From positions 239,072,001 to 239,136,000 of the forward strand of contig OZ024740.1 of the NCBI GenBank assembly GCA_964016885.1: a stretch of DNA of 64,000 bases. Reading direction: 5' to 3'. Each line of letters begins with the position of its first letter. The stretch's first letter is position 1. Shown here piece after piece: positions 12,996 through 26,975 of the stretch. The notes beneath the pieces were generated by a model. It was not told the origin of the DNA and did no database searches. It saw only the letters and a list, made by a program, of their open reading frames with translations. This stretch comes from Eledone cirrhosa (lineage: Eukaryota). The translations under genes were made by a program, and so were the position numbers.

Positions 12996-13941
12996 TATTC
13001 TCCCATGTATCAGCAGAGATGTTAGCGTCTTTCAGAGAGGCTTTCAAGGAATCCTTATACCTCTTTTTTGGTTTAAGTGGCGGTCGTTTTCCTTTAACCA
13101 ACTCTCCATAAAAGAGTTGTTTTGGTATTCTAGAATCCTTCATCCTGGCAAGGTGAGCACTCCAACGGAGTCGTTGCTTAAGCACAAGATCTTCTATACT
13201 GTCACACATAGAGCTTTCCAAAATCTCGACATCACTGATGTAATCCCTCCAGTGAACGCCATGGATCCGTCTGAGACACATCTGATGGAAACACTCCAAT
13301 TGCTTAAGGTGGTGTCGATATGTGACCCAGGTCTCGCAGGCATAAAGAAGACAAGAGAGCACACATGCCCTGTACACCTTTACCTTTGTTCTCCTGCATA
13401 TGTCTCGCCGACCCCAGAGTCGCCTTTCTAGCTTTCCGAAAGCATCACTTGCTTTCCTAATCCTAAGTGAGATTTCACTGTCAAGGTTGCTGTATCGATT
13501 GACAGTGCTTCCCAGGTAGACAAACTGATCAACCACTCCAAGTCGTTTGCCATACACATAGATGTTTGGTTCAGTGTACTGCTTACCAGGGGAAGGTTGG
13601 TACATGACGACGGTTTTCTTGAGACTAACAGTCAGACCTAGGGCAGTGCAAGCGTCAGAAAATGCATTCAAAATGTGCTGCATATCACTCTCTGTGTGCG
13701 CTACAAGATCGCAATCATCTGCATACAAGAGGTCTCTTATGATTGATGTAAATACTTTTGTCTTCGCAGCAAAGCGCCTGATGTTAAATATGATGCCTGA
13801 GGTTCGATATCGGATGTAAACACCATGCTTGCAATTCCTGAATGCAATACAGAAAACCATTGCAAAGTATATGGCAAACAGGGTCGGTGCTGGAATATCC
13901 CCCTGTTTCACTCCATTTTTTACTGAGATAGGGTCCGACAT
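12943..13941 (-). CDS. RTE reverse transcriptase, C-terminal part (frameshifted)
   Basis: GVKQGD..APTLF, LLYADD, FVYLGS, RIPKQLFYG. Confidence 0.9.
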   Translation of the reverse strand: MSDPISVKNGVKQGDIPAPTLFAIYFAMVFCIAFRNCKHGVYIRYRTSGIIFNIRRFAAKTKVFTSIIRDLLYADDCDLVAHTESDMQHILNAFSDACTALGLTVSLKKTVVMYQPSPGKQYTEPNIYVYGKRLGVVDQFVYLGSTVNRYSNLDSEISLRIRKASDAFGKLERRLWGRRDICRRTKVKVYRACVLSCLLYACETWVTYRHHLKQLECFHQMCLRRIHGVHWRDYISDVEILESSMCDSIEDLVLKQRLRWSAHLARMKDSRIPKQLFYGELVKGKRPPLKPKKRYKDSLKASLKDANISADTWENIAADRNKWRKTCGKSCL

Positions 13942-13954
13942 GTTACCCCCGACA

Positions 13955-16084
13955 TTAACCCTTCATGTCGTCATGGAAAGACCTAACTAAAGCAAGGAAC
14001 TTATCAGGGCAACCAAGTTTCTGGAGAACCTTCCATAATGCATCTCTGTTAACAGTATCGAAAGATTTTGTCAGATCGACAAAAACCTGATACAGATCCA
14101 AGCCTTGTTCCATGCACTTCTCCTGGAGCTGTCTAGCTGAGAAGATCATATCAGTAGTGCCGCGTCCAGCACGAAAATCAGATTGACTTTCAGGAAGAAC
14201 ACAATCTGCAATGTGTGTCAGCAGACGGTCCAGAAGCACTCTACATAAAACTTTCCCTACGACAGAAAGCAATGATATACCTCTGTAGTTCCCACAATCG
14301 TTCCTGTTACCCTTTCCCTTGTACAAGACCACCATTACTGCATCTCTCCAGTCCTCAGGTACGGATTCATTAGCCCATATCCTGCCAAACAAAGAGTGAA
14401 GATGTTGCAGGAGTCTCTCACCACCATATTGTAGGAGCTCAGCATGTATGCCATCCATACCTGGAGATCTTCCACTGTTCAGCTTCGAAATAGCCACTGC
14501 AACCTCCACAAGCGTCGGAGGTTCTGCGAGAGCTACTTTCACAGGACTTTCTGGAATGAGATTGAGGAAATCTTCACTGACGACAGACGGCTGATTCAAA
14601 AGATCATCAAAGTGCTCTCGCCACCTTCGTAGAATTCCTTGTGAGTCACGAAGAAGTTCTTTGCCATCCTTGCTGCGAAGCGGTGTCACCAGAGAAGAAG
14701 ACGGTCCATAAACCTCACGCAGGAGACTGTACAACAGCTTTGTGTTATTGGAATCAGACGCAGTTTGTATCTCACCAGCCTTCTCACTCCACCACTGATC
14801 CTTCATCTGAGAAAGACTCCGCCTAACACGTGATTTTACATCCCTGAGTTCCTCATGCAACGTATTCCTCTCCTGTGGTTTTGCCGTCAAGTAGCGTGAC
14901 AGAGCACGCCTCTTATCAGCCAACAAGTCTTCTATATGTACATCATTCTCATCAAACCAGTCCTGATGTTTCCTCTGCACCAATCCCAGAACACGCCTGC
15001 CTACATCATAAACCGACTTTTTAAGGGTCGGCCAATCCTCACCAAGATCTGCAGCCTGCATCTCTTCTTCCAATGTCCTCTTCACATTTTTATCCCTAAG
15101 ACGAGCAGCATTCAATCTTTTGGGCAGGGCAACACCAGGAGCCCGGATTTTACGTTTAGTGATTAGTTTCACTTTTGCGCGTACCAGGCGGTGGTCCGTC
15201 CAACACTCAGCTCCACGAAGAACACGAACACACTGCACATCCTGTCTGTCACGCATCCTGACTAGGACGTAGTCCAAAAGATGCCATTCCTTAGATGCAG
15301 GAAGCATCCACGTGGTCTTGAATTTGTTCTTTTGTTGGAACATGGTGTTGGTAACACACAGATCCAGCTCCTCACACATCTGCAGCAGGAGCATACCATT
15401 GCTGTTACACTTTCCCACCCCATGCCTTCCGATTACATTCCATGTGTTAAAATCCCTACCCACTCTAGCATTAAAGTCACCAAGCACGATGACTTTGTCT
15501 GCCTGAGGGATATTTCTTAAAACACCTTTCAAGGCATGGTAAAAGGACACCTTTTCCTCATCGACAGAACTCATAGTTGGAGCATACACACTCACCAGGG
15601 TAGCATATCTTCCCTTGTCCAGCGGAACTCTCATGGACATAAGACGCTCACTAATCCCTACTGGGAATTCTTCTAATTTGTTCACAAGCACAGTCTTAAC
15701 AGCAAATCCTACCCCAGCCTCTCTTCTGGTTCCTTCATCTCTTCCTTTCCAGAAGAATGTATATTCTCCACAAAATTCCGTAAGATGACCATCTCCAGCT
15801 AGCCTCGTCTCAGATAAAGCCACGATGTCAAGATCGTAACGCCGAAGCTCCTTTGCAACAAGAGCGGTCCTTCGTTCAGGACGCCCCAAGGAATCCCTGG
15901 CAAGCAGCGTCCGTACGTTCCAGCAGCCAAGACTAAATGCCTTGTTTGGCTCTATTACAATGGCACGATGACGAGCGGGCCCAGGCTGTGATAACCTGGG
16001 GCCCCTGCCCTTATTGCCAATTATCTTTTTTGTTCCAGAACCTAAATTGCCAATTATCTCTTTTATACTGTTCTGGAACATCAT
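13955..16084 (-). CDS. RTE apurinic-like endonuclease + N-terminal RT
   Basis: WNVRTL, LSETR, VYAPT, GDFNA, LDYV, TDH; NYRGISLLS, FVDLTKSFDTV. Confidence 0.92.
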   Translation of the reverse strand: MMFQNSIKEIIGNLGSGTKKIIGNKGRGPRLSQPGPARHRAIVIEPNKAFSLGCWNVRTLLARDSLGRPERRTALVAKELRRYDLDIVALSETRLAGDGHLTEFCGEYTFFWKGRDEGTRREAGVGFAVKTVLVNKLEEFPVGISERLMSMRVPLDKGRYATLVSVYAPTMSSVDEEKVSFYHALKGVLRNIPQADKVIVLGDFNARVGRDFNTWNVIGRHGVGKCNSNGMLLLQMCEELDLCVTNTMFQQKNKFKTTWMLPASKEWHLLDYVLVRMRDRQDVQCVRVLRGAECWTDHRLVRAKVKLITKRKIRAPGVALPKRLNAARLRDKNVKRTLEEEMQAADLGEDWPTLKKSVYDVGRRVLGLVQRKHQDWFDENDVHIEDLLADKRRALSRYLTAKPQERNTLHEELRDVKSRVRRSLSQMKDQWWSEKAGEIQTASDSNNTKLLYSLLREVYGPSSSLVTPLRSKDGKELLRDSQGILRRWREHFDDLLNQPSVVSEDFLNLIPESPVKVALAEPPTLVEVAVAISKLNSGRSPGMDGIHAELLQYGGERLLQHLHSLFGRIWANESVPEDWRDAVMVVLYKGKGNRNDCGNYRGISLLSVVGKVLCRVLLDRLLTHIADCVLPESQSDFRAGRGTTDMIFSARQLQEKCMEQGLDLYQVFVDLTKSFDTVNRDALWKVLQKLGCPDKFLALVRSFHDDMKG

Positions 16085-16125
16085 TGAATTGGAAAAAAAA
16101 AAAAAAAAAAAAAAAAGTAATAATA

Positions 16126-16173
<48 letters not shown>

Positions 16174-17011
16174 GTACACTATTAATAATTATTAATGCAC
16201 TCGTGCAATGCCTGTGCGTGACGAATATTTTTAAAATGAGGAAAGACTGTGCACTGAGCCAATCCCACTCTCTGAGCGACAGTAGCTATAACCCGAAAAG
16301 AAGAAAAGGTCAACATCATCGGTAACTACTGAGCCACAGGTTTTATGTCGGAGTTAACCCAGTTTCCTGAGATGCCTTCTCCTAGAAGAATGCCTTGACA
16401 AGGGCTAGGGGTTCTTCACTAGGGGTTCTTCACTCCCAGTGCGCGATCGGGCATCCAGCCCGATTATTTCTAAAAAAAAACAAAAACACACACACACGCA
16501 CACAACACAACAACATCAACTGCCACCACCACCACTGCCGCCGCCGCCATCACCATCACCAGCGACCGGGCCTTAAGAAAACAACTTTAATAATAATTTT
16601 TCTGCTTTTGGCACGGATCCAGCGACTGGCCCAGCGTATCACTGGTACTCTCTTTTGTTGACTCCGTGGGGATGAAGGGCAGGGTTGACCTCGGCAGGAT
16701 TTGGGCTCAGAGCGTGGAGGGCCGTGACTCTATGCTGTAAAGCAATTATAATAATAGTGGACTGTAGTACGATCGGCTTCAACTATACAAACTCTTGAAA
16801 GTCAACAGTTGACATAATCTTGTAATCTTGTATCAGTAATGACGGTAATATATATATATATAGATATGTGTGTGTGCGTGTAAGTGAGTAGAGTAGCGTG
16901 TGTGTGTTTGTTTGTATGTATGAGTGTTGCTGTGTGCGCGCATATGTATGCGCGTGTGTGTATGTCGTACGTATAAGTGTCAATAAGTGATATATATATA
17001 TATATATATAT

Positions 17012-17073
<62 letters not shown>

Positions 17074-17164
17074 AAATATATATATAAATATATATCAAAG
17101 GTATATATTGAGTTAGGAACTCAAAATAGTCTCTTACAACAAAATAGCTCTAATATTATAATAT

Positions 17165-17218
<54 letters not shown>

Positions 17219-17317
17219 TATTGAAGTTTCCGTTGAAAATTGAAAAAGTCATAGGAGTGAAGAGTGCTCTATGTAAGTACCAGAGCTAAATTTAATGTTT
17301 AATAAACAATACAATAT

Positions 17318-17395
17318 AATTACCTCATTATCAGAGGTTTCCCGAATAAGACGAATACAAGAAACGTCCTCATTCGTTCGTCAGACAAGGCAATT
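17318..17395 (-). ncRNA. type I HHR (second copy 20702-20779 on +)
   Basis: AATTGCCTTGT-CTGACGA-stem II-GAAACC-TCT-G(G/A)TA-ATGAGGTAATT; 11-bp stem I with wobbles. Confidence 0.75.
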
Positions 17396-20072
17396 TAAAA
17401 CATAGTGAAATATTTGAAAAATCTCCTCAAGAAAGGCAAAAGTTTAACGGGCAAAAAAATATATAAATAAAAGTAATGCAAGAGATATATAAAAATAAAA
17501 TAAGGAAATATAGTTAGGTTATGTGTATAAATGTGTGTATATTCACTCACAAATGTACATATGTGTGTATGTACAAATGCTTGTGTATAGTGAAAAAATG
17601 TGTGCGTAAGTACATATATGAGGACAAGTATATCAGTGTTTTTGTGCCCACAAATACGTATATAATATATGTTGAAAAAGAAATTGTAAGATAATAGAGT
17701 TAACGTATATCCAGACTCAGGGACTAGCGATTGAAATATATACACATACAAGTATGAAAGCACGCGTATAAACACACACACACGCGCAACCACACACATG
17801 CGAGTGATATATACAGGGAAGGGAGTGTATCAGTAAAATCAGTGTCAGGCTGAAGGTCGATACATATATAAAAATGAAAAAATGAAAAAAATATATGAGA
17901 ATAAAAAATTAAATCAAAGAGAAAGTAAGAGAGAGGGGTTATCAATTATAAAGTAACACTAGAAAAAATAGAAAACAAACATAGGTTCGTACGTACACAT
18001 ATATATATATAAATATATATATAAATACGTACAGACAAAAGCAGATACATGCGTCCATACATACAAAGGCGCGCATACATACACGCGAAGCACATATATA
18101 TATACGTACATGTACATCTAATCACACGCACGCACGCGACTATATAAATATATACACACACATACATACACATACATATATATGTATATATATACATATA
18201 CATATACATATACACACTTTTCACATATATATAAGTATGTAAAAAACAGATATAAAAACACACACACATACACATATACACACACACGCGCACATACGAA
18301 TGCATTCGTATACATATACAAACACGCATACACACACATGCACGCTCACACGCATAGATACAATATAAAAACCAGCCGTATGAATAAATGAGTACAAATT
18401 ATACGCAAGTAAACATACATAAAAGCGGCTGAGAGACAACAGAATATATCTGGAGTTGAAAACGCAAGTGACATGTGATATCAGGTAGTGAAAGAAAATG
18501 GGGAAGTAAAATATGTAAAATTGTGAAGATATAAAGTAAGTGAATCAAAAAGCAGGGGGGGGGGGGTCACTGGTGGATGTGAAGTAAAAATAAAGTTAAA
18601 AATAAAAATAAAAGTAAATCAGAAAGAGAAGTCTGTAAAGAGGGTAATTTAAGGAAAGTGAAGAACAAGAGTTTATGGAGGATAAGTATCTGAAAGTGAG
18701 TTAAGTTTATATGAGCTGGAAAGCAAGTGTGATTTCATGTGTGGGCAACTGGTGAAAATTTCTGTTTTTGCATTTAGGCAGGTTTTTGATGATTTAAGGT
18801 TCTGTAAAATCCAATATTTTTCATTTATGCAGTTTCTTTAGATTGGTTTAAAATTGACCAATCTAATTTATATTGGATACCTTGGTCTTTCAAATCCCAT
18901 ATTCTGCTAGCCAGAGCTGTTGTAAATCTTTTTTCAGGATGTCGGAAATATGCGACATGTGAGTAATAACGCGTTTAGAATTTGTCTTGTGTCATACACA
19001 CATATCGTTCGCTGGTGGCTGGTAGGTTGTTGCTGGTGGTTGTCACTTTAGCCGCATATACAATGGCTTTGGTGTTGCATTTACCTTTTAATGGGCATTC
19101 ACTTTTGACTCTACAGGAGCAATTTTGATGTTTTCTGGGTATTTTCTTATTGAGGATATAAGATTTAATAGGGGGACCGCAGGAGTAGCTGATTTTGACA
19201 CAGTTTCTATTGAAGATCTTATAGTATCTATGTGTTCTAGGGAAATATTTATCTAAGAGCTCTAGGAATTTTTTGCCTACATTAGTTTTAACTGCTAAAG
19301 AGTAGGGGGTGTGAACCAGATTATTTTTCTTTTCCTATTATTATGTTTAAATCAGTTAGTATTGTTGGGTATGTACTTAATCGGTTAGCTAAATCCGCTA
19401 TTTTGAAGGGCTTTATTATAGTAGGGGGATGCCTTATTGAAAATAGCTTCTGAGGGAGAGAGGATGGAGATCCTACGGCTAATATTAGGGATAATATTTT
19501 TAAAAACTATAGGAGATGGCAAGAGCCTTTATTTATATATTTTAAATTTTCATTAGGTTTATGGTATGGTTTATAAGAAGCAGTAGGCAAATCTAGGTTT
19601 ATATATAGAAAATTAACATTGGAAAGGTTAGTGTCAATGGTAATTTTAAGATTAAAACTAGCGAAGGTTTTTATTAAGTCTTTCCTTAATCTATCTAAAT
19701 TATGGTCTATAGTGGTATGGGAAAGTATTAGACCGTCGTCGCGATAAAGCCCAAAGGTATGGTTAGGGAATTTCTCTTTAAGTATGTGTAGGAGGAATAG
19801 GCCGACTAAAGCACACACGTCAGCACTGCCTAAAGAACCCATTGAGACATCGAATGGGTTCTCTGGGTTAGATATTTTTACCCAAGTGTCATTATTAGTA
19901 AATAGTAAAGTGTTTCTCCCTCTTACTTTCTCTTTTATGTGTACGTACGAACCTATGTATGTTTTCTATTTTTTCTAGTGTTACTTTATAATTGATAACC
20001 CCTCCCTCTTACTTTCTCTTTGATTTAATTTTTTTATTCTCATATATGTTTTCATTTTTTCATTTTTATATA

Positions 20073-20232
20073 CGTGGTCGGGTCAATAATCTCTAATACT
20101 CGGTATGAAAAGAAAAAGCTAGAACATTCAAATGAATTTTATTTGAAAATACATTCAATACTAGTAAAGAAAACATTAATAAAGTTATTTTTCAATGTAG
20201 CCTCCATTGTTTACAACCATCTTTCGCCATCG
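20073..20232. mobile_element. mariner-like fragment inserted at TA
   Basis: Present only in the right arm and absent at the equivalent site ~17862. TA-flanked; resembles a mariner terminal region. Confidence 0.5.
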
Positions 20233-20859
20233 TATATATCGACCTTCAGCCTGACACTGCTTTGACTGATACACTCCCTTCCCTGTATATATCACTCGCA
20301 TGTATGTGGTTGCGCGTGTGTGTGTGTTTATACGCGTGCTTCCATACTTGTATGTGTATATATTTCAATCGTTAGTACCCGAGTCTGGATGTACGTTAAC
20401 TTTATTATCTTACAATTTCTTTTTCAACATATATTATATACGTATTTGTGGTCACACATACACTGATATGCTTGCCCTCATATATATACTTACGCACACA
20501 TTTTTTCCCTATATACATGCATTTGTACATACACACATATGTACATTTGTGAGTGAATATACACACATTTATACGCACACCCTAACTATATTTCCTTATT
20601 TTATTTTTATATATCTCTTGCATTACTTTTATTTATATTTTTTTGCCCGTTAAACTTTTGCCTTTCTTGAGGAGATTTTTCAAATATTTCACTATGTTTT
20701 AAATTGCCTTGTCCGACGAACGAATGAGGACGTTTCTTGTATTCGTCTTATTCGGGAAACCTCTGGTAATGAGGTAATTATATTGTATTGTTTATTAAAC
20801 ATTAAATTTAGCACTCTTCACTCCTATGAATTTTTTAATTTTCAACGGAAACTTCAATA

Positions 20860-20914
<55 letters not shown>

Positions 20915-21352
20915 ATATTTACATCTGTATTTTTAACCGCTGATCTATCAATGATAAATATTGATTGCTAAATAAATTAACTATGGAGATATAAAAGATA
21001 CAGAAGCGAAAACCAACCAAACAGTGAGTGTGTTCTGTTATTATTTCTGACAATATTATTACAACAATATGACCCTCCCCAAGTATAACAATATATAAAT
21101 ATATTTCGAAATCACTAGACGTATCTGAGGAACTTGCGAATCCAGAGTCAGGTTCGATCCACAAACAGATCGCACCTCGAACTGTTCGCCGGAGAAACAA
21201 TTGTAATACGTAATAAATTGTGTTTTGATGCATCACTGATTCTTCGTTTTCCATTTTATCATACTCTGCTCCGAAGGATCATGGAGTGCTCAACCGCCAT
21301 ACCGCCTATGGACGCATCCTAGCAACCATACGACATACATATATATATATAT

Positions 21353-21555
21353 ATTTGATATAGAAATGGCTTCTACAGGACTAGAACTGTTTCATTCGGG
21401 AGAAATCATCAGGGGCTTCCTGATGATTTCTCCCGAATAAAACAGTTCTAGTCCCGAAGAAGCCATTTCTATATTAAATAATTATACTCTGCTATGTATT
21501 GAGTACCTTACTTACTGTGGTGACCCCCGATTGAAGCAGGGAAAAACAGATATAG
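21353..21555. mobile_element. fold-back HHR mini-element
   Basis: Arms 21353-21413/21419-21479 both carry CTGATGA; composite HHR with GUA triplet; tail to ~21555. Confidence 0.78.
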
Positions 21556-22657
21556 ATATGTATGTATTGTCTACCAGTAGAATAAGATAAAGATAGTATG
21601 AGAGGTATAGAGATTTGTTAGGAATACGAATTAAGTGACTTGAAATAACGACAATGTGGAAATATTCAGGGACATTTTCTGTACGAAAACCAAAAGATAA
21701 GGTTTAAATGTTTAGTGTAGTGAACCAAGAAGATGACCGACTGCAAACGTAGATTAAACTTAAAAATTTGTTTGAGACATTATCATATTATTGTTTAGCC
21801 TCTGATACTAATCAAATAGAACTATGACCAAAGACGTTCCCACCTTGAACATCCCGTGGCTTTAGATATCCAAGATTAATTTTCCAACGTGTTCTTTTTT
21901 GAAGACAGTATGATGCGAATTGAGGGAGATTTGGTTGCTATCTCTAATAGTTTAAGTGACTACGTAGAGGATCACGCGTTGGCTGTTGTTAATGGCAAAG
22001 TTTTACAATCTTATACATAAATGACAAACCGAACATTTAAGCGAATATTTCCAGGATAGTGTTTTACGGTTCTAAGTATTCAGCTAATCTTTGAACAAAG
22101 GTTTAAAACCTCTTCTAGGGTATTTTGATGTTCTCGAACTTTCCAAAAAGACAGTACAAGTTGTGTCAGCATTTTGCAAAGCTGCAACAGCTGTCAACGG
22201 ATAAGAAGAATATATTTTCATACAAACTCCTTCGCTCATGTATCTACATATGCACATATATCCAACCAATACATCCGCCAAGACAATTTTACTTTCTTGT
22301 TTTTAGAATCCTCGTTTAGTAGATTTTATAAATAGATATGATTGATTGAGAACTTTAAAATTGTATGTCTGGTATAAGTTTATGTGGCATCGCCAAGAAT
22401 AGTATGCAATCAGAAATGGCATTAAGTGTACATTTGAGATGAAGAGTGACATTCGATTGTTTTGAGTAGTTTATATTTGCAATAATCCAATAAGATACGA
22501 TTTATATAGGTTTAATAAAAAACATTAGAACTTGAAAAATATTTGCATTTATTTCTATGAATATAGTTTTGGAACAAAAGATGTGTATAAATATACACAT
22601 GTACACACACATATGTTTATCTATCTAACTGATATATAATATGCATACCCCCCCTCC

Positions 22658-22720
<63 letters not shown>

Positions 22721-25700
22721 AATATATCAGAAACATAGAAATAAAGAATAAATTTAGACCGAACCAGGAATAAAAAATAACCGGTCAGACAATATTGGTA
22801 TTTACAAATATCTACTTAAATGTTGGAACCGTTATATAGATAAATTATCAGAGAACCCCGTGGTTCTTGGATTCTAAGAGTTATGAGACAATAACTTAAG
22901 AGTATTATAGTACAGAAACAAATATAAAAATAGTTTGGATTTGTTACAAGTGTAAACTACTTGATATTAAAACTCTGTTTACTCGTAAATATTATTTTAA
23001 ACGTAACGCTGGAAGTCCTATATTTACTGAGGATGTATTATGGTGTCGTCTATTTTTATTCACGATATGGTTTTTACGTACTGTAATATATATATATCAT
23101 GGTAGGAATATAATCTTCGTTTTATTACCTAAAAAACATGATTGTAACTGTACTTGCCTATATGACATTTACTAACACCACGATGGAGCCAAATTTTCTT
23201 TAAATAAGAAAAATAAGAAAAATAAGAAAAATAAGAAAAAACAAAATTATAATCCGAAGGAAAATGTTAACATATGCAAACCCCAGCCCACCATATGTAT
23301 AAGAATGAGGTTAATCTCTTATAAGCCACTCCAGTCTTTTTTACAACTCCCTAACAACTTCCAGCTGTTAGGAATTCAAATAAACTCGATGCAGAACATT
23401 CCACGTTATTGAAAACAACCAGATTTGTAGGCAACATGAAGCCAGCAATATAAAAGGAGAAGAAGTAAGAAGTTGTAAGGTACACTTTCTATTGCGTGTT
23501 AGTGAAAACAAGTTTCAAACGAGAAATTTTCGGTAAAGAATATTTTATTGATTCAAAATTTCACATTCAGTTGGACAGTAAATACCAACTGCACTCTGCA
23601 GACAACATGGTAAAAGTATTGCCAGGGAGAACAACCATCGGTACCACCTATATCAAGTATTCCACCTCACGGAGTTCCTTTCTCAGGCTAAAACGGCAAT
23701 CCAGGGACTGAGGATACAGAAAGTCTTCAGAGTAACCCGTTCAAAAAGGAAATAGTCAATCACTATCTGGTATTAATTGGATTTTTGTCTCAGTTATACT
23801 TGCAGAATTCCTTACAAACTTATGAACACCTCTATTTAAATTGTAGATATCATCATTAAAACTGCCAAATATTAGACGTGGTTGATATCGTATCATCTAA
23901 AAGAGTAAATTGTCGAAGATATGTATGAAGTTCTTCCATATCTAGTTGAAAGTCTCAAATCATCAACGGATTCGTGAGAACGAATCGATTGAGGAAATTC
24001 TCGAAATTGATGAAAATGTACTGTTTATTGATTTCTAACATTGACACAAGACTAGCGATTTTGGGAGATGGTATAGTTGAATAAATCGATATCAATACTT
24101 GATTAGTGCATTATTTTATTGACTCAGGAAGGATGACAGGCCAAGATGATCACAGCGGTATTTGAACGTAAAAATCTATGACTAAATATTGCAAGACTGA
24201 TACTCGATCCTTTTTGCCATTTGCCCAACTGATTAAAAAATGCCATAGAAATGCCGTATGTCAATGCGGCACCTCTACGACTTCCTCCAGTTTTTCTTCA
24301 ATATATCTTTCATATATTGCTCTTAAAACATTCTCTCAAATATTCTCCAATACTTCATTATATGATTTAAAAAGAGAATCTAATTCAATGAAATCCAATA
24401 GACTTTACAATACTCGACTATGCCATAGACGCAATTATTTTAAACGTTCTAAAAATATTAGAACAACTTGGAAGAAAGTATATTTAAAACTTGCGACTAA
24501 TTATTGGAAAATCAAGTATTACAATATCGACTAATGCATAAATTCACATAAACTAAAATAGCCGCCCAAAGACGAGGTTCATAGTCACTTGATCTGGTAG
24601 AAATAACAGCCAAAGCTCATTCAAATTATAATGCGCCATTATAAAAATAAAATTGCATTGAATAACAATAACAACACAATACCATTCCAGGCAAAAAGGC
24701 AAATAAATACTAAATTAGAGTAATTTTTATTCATCAAATTTTAAATAAATTATATAATATTTTGAATAAAAATAATTAAATATCAGCGACAACATTGTTT
24801 TAAATAAATAATTGTATGTATGTATGATCCTGTAACCCCTGATAGAGTCGAAGGGCGCGTTTCTTGGGCATTTTAAGCCTGGTGGAACCCATTCTCTCCA
24901 GACCTGAGTACAGCCGATTTCTTCTAGAGAGAGGAAGAATCGACCCCAGTACTAGACTGGTATTTTTTTTTTATCGACCACAAAAGGATGAAAGGCAAAG
25001 TTGACCTTGGCGGGATTTAAACTCAGAGAGCAGATAGCCGGAACGAATACCATAAAACATTCTATCCGACGTTCTAACCACTCTGCCACATTATCGCCAA
25101 GGCACAAGGCCAGCAAAATAAATAAATATATACTGAAAGTGAGGGAAAGGGGAAAGAGAGCAGCAGAAGACAGTATATTTTAGCTGCGCGAAAGAATTGC
25201 CTCGGAGAACAGACATTGACATCCACTCCATCTGTCAAACCAGCCCAGGTTTTTTTTTATCTGGCGGGATGCACTCCTCTTAATTTTGCGGAGGAAGACG
25301 GCTGTTCGAGAATTTAAGACACCAGAAGTCTTGACGGCGCCTGTCGTTAAATGGAAGGCGTCGCTCAAGCCCCGGTATTTGAAAATCTTTCGCTCTTCTG
25401 TGTAACAGCGATAAGCTGGTGGCGAAGAATATGTCGTAGCACACTGACGTTTATATACATCAGCGACCTTCACCGTCTGTACTTCACGACATAATGTTGG
25501 CAACAGTGAGGTGGACATGAGAAAATTGAACTGGTGGGTGTCATCACTTTATGATTTTTTTCTCCTTGTCTGCTGTCAATCTGGTTGACATGAGAATATT
25601 TCTTTTTAGTTAACTAACGTAAATTTATAAGAATTGTTTAAAAACATTTTTACGTATGTGTAGCATGTTTATGTGTCTGAGTGCATGCATGTGTGTATGT

Positions 25701-25736
25701 ATATGTGTGGTTGTGTGCGTACGTCTGTGTAGGCAC

Positions 25737-26528
<792 letters not shown>

Positions 26529-26718
26529 AAATTAAAAGTTGGTTAAAAAAGTTCCATATATTTTATTATGCGCATTTCAAAAACAAATATCATCCTGGAA
26601 CGATAATTGTGTTCTCATCAGATAAAATAAGGTAACATGATATGAGGCCTAAAAACACTTGTGAACAAGAAAGTGTCCAGTCAACACACACACACATATA
26701 TATATATGAATATATATA

Positions 26719-26758
<40 letters not shown>

Positions 26759-26760
26759 TA

Positions 26761-26975
26761 GTGAAGGCGTGTGGCTGAGTGGTTAGAGAATTGGATTCAC
26801 AATCTTGAGGTTGCGAGTTCGATTCCTGGACCGGGCGATGCGTTATGTCCTTGAGCAAGACACTTTATTTCACGTTGCTCCTTCTACCTGGAGTTGCGAC
26901 CAATAGATAGTATCAGCAACTGGAAAGGCCAATGGAAACATTGTTTCCTCGGTCCGATTTGACGAAAGTCGATCA
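26761..26975 (+). mobile_element. tRNA-derived SINE, family B
   Basis: A-box TGGCTGAGTGG and B-box GAGTTCGATTCC in a tRNA-like head. Related copies at 39411, 28040-28310(-), 28690-28980 and 2000-2130(-). Confidence 0.85.

Larger units (their letters stand above)
12244..16450 (-). mobile_element. near full-length RTE-clade LINE
   Basis: 5'UTR 16190-16450 (shared with 35620-35850 and 36040-36240), APE-RT coding region in three frames, and 3' end 12244-12290 (shared with 35868-35910). Confidence 0.9.
17214..20861 (-). mobile_element. decayed Penelope-like element with inverted 3' arms
   Basis: RT remnant 19507-19842 (MGS..SADVCALVG, GLYRDDGL); GIY-YIG remnant ~18700-19130 (CSCRVKSECPL); arms 17215-18000/19937-20861; (AT)n flanks. 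Confidence 0.88.

Noticed and set aside
13562-15520. + strand ORFs within the RTE LINE
   Set aside because: Antisense shadows of the APE-RT frame.
23496-23760. Retroelement ORF1-like remnant
   Set aside because: No motif could be matched with confidence.
25180-25550. GC-richer unique segment as a coding exon
   Set aside because: No recognisable domain in the frames examined; identity unresolved.
26761-26835. tRNA gene
   Set aside because: The tRNA-like head continues into a repeated SINE body.
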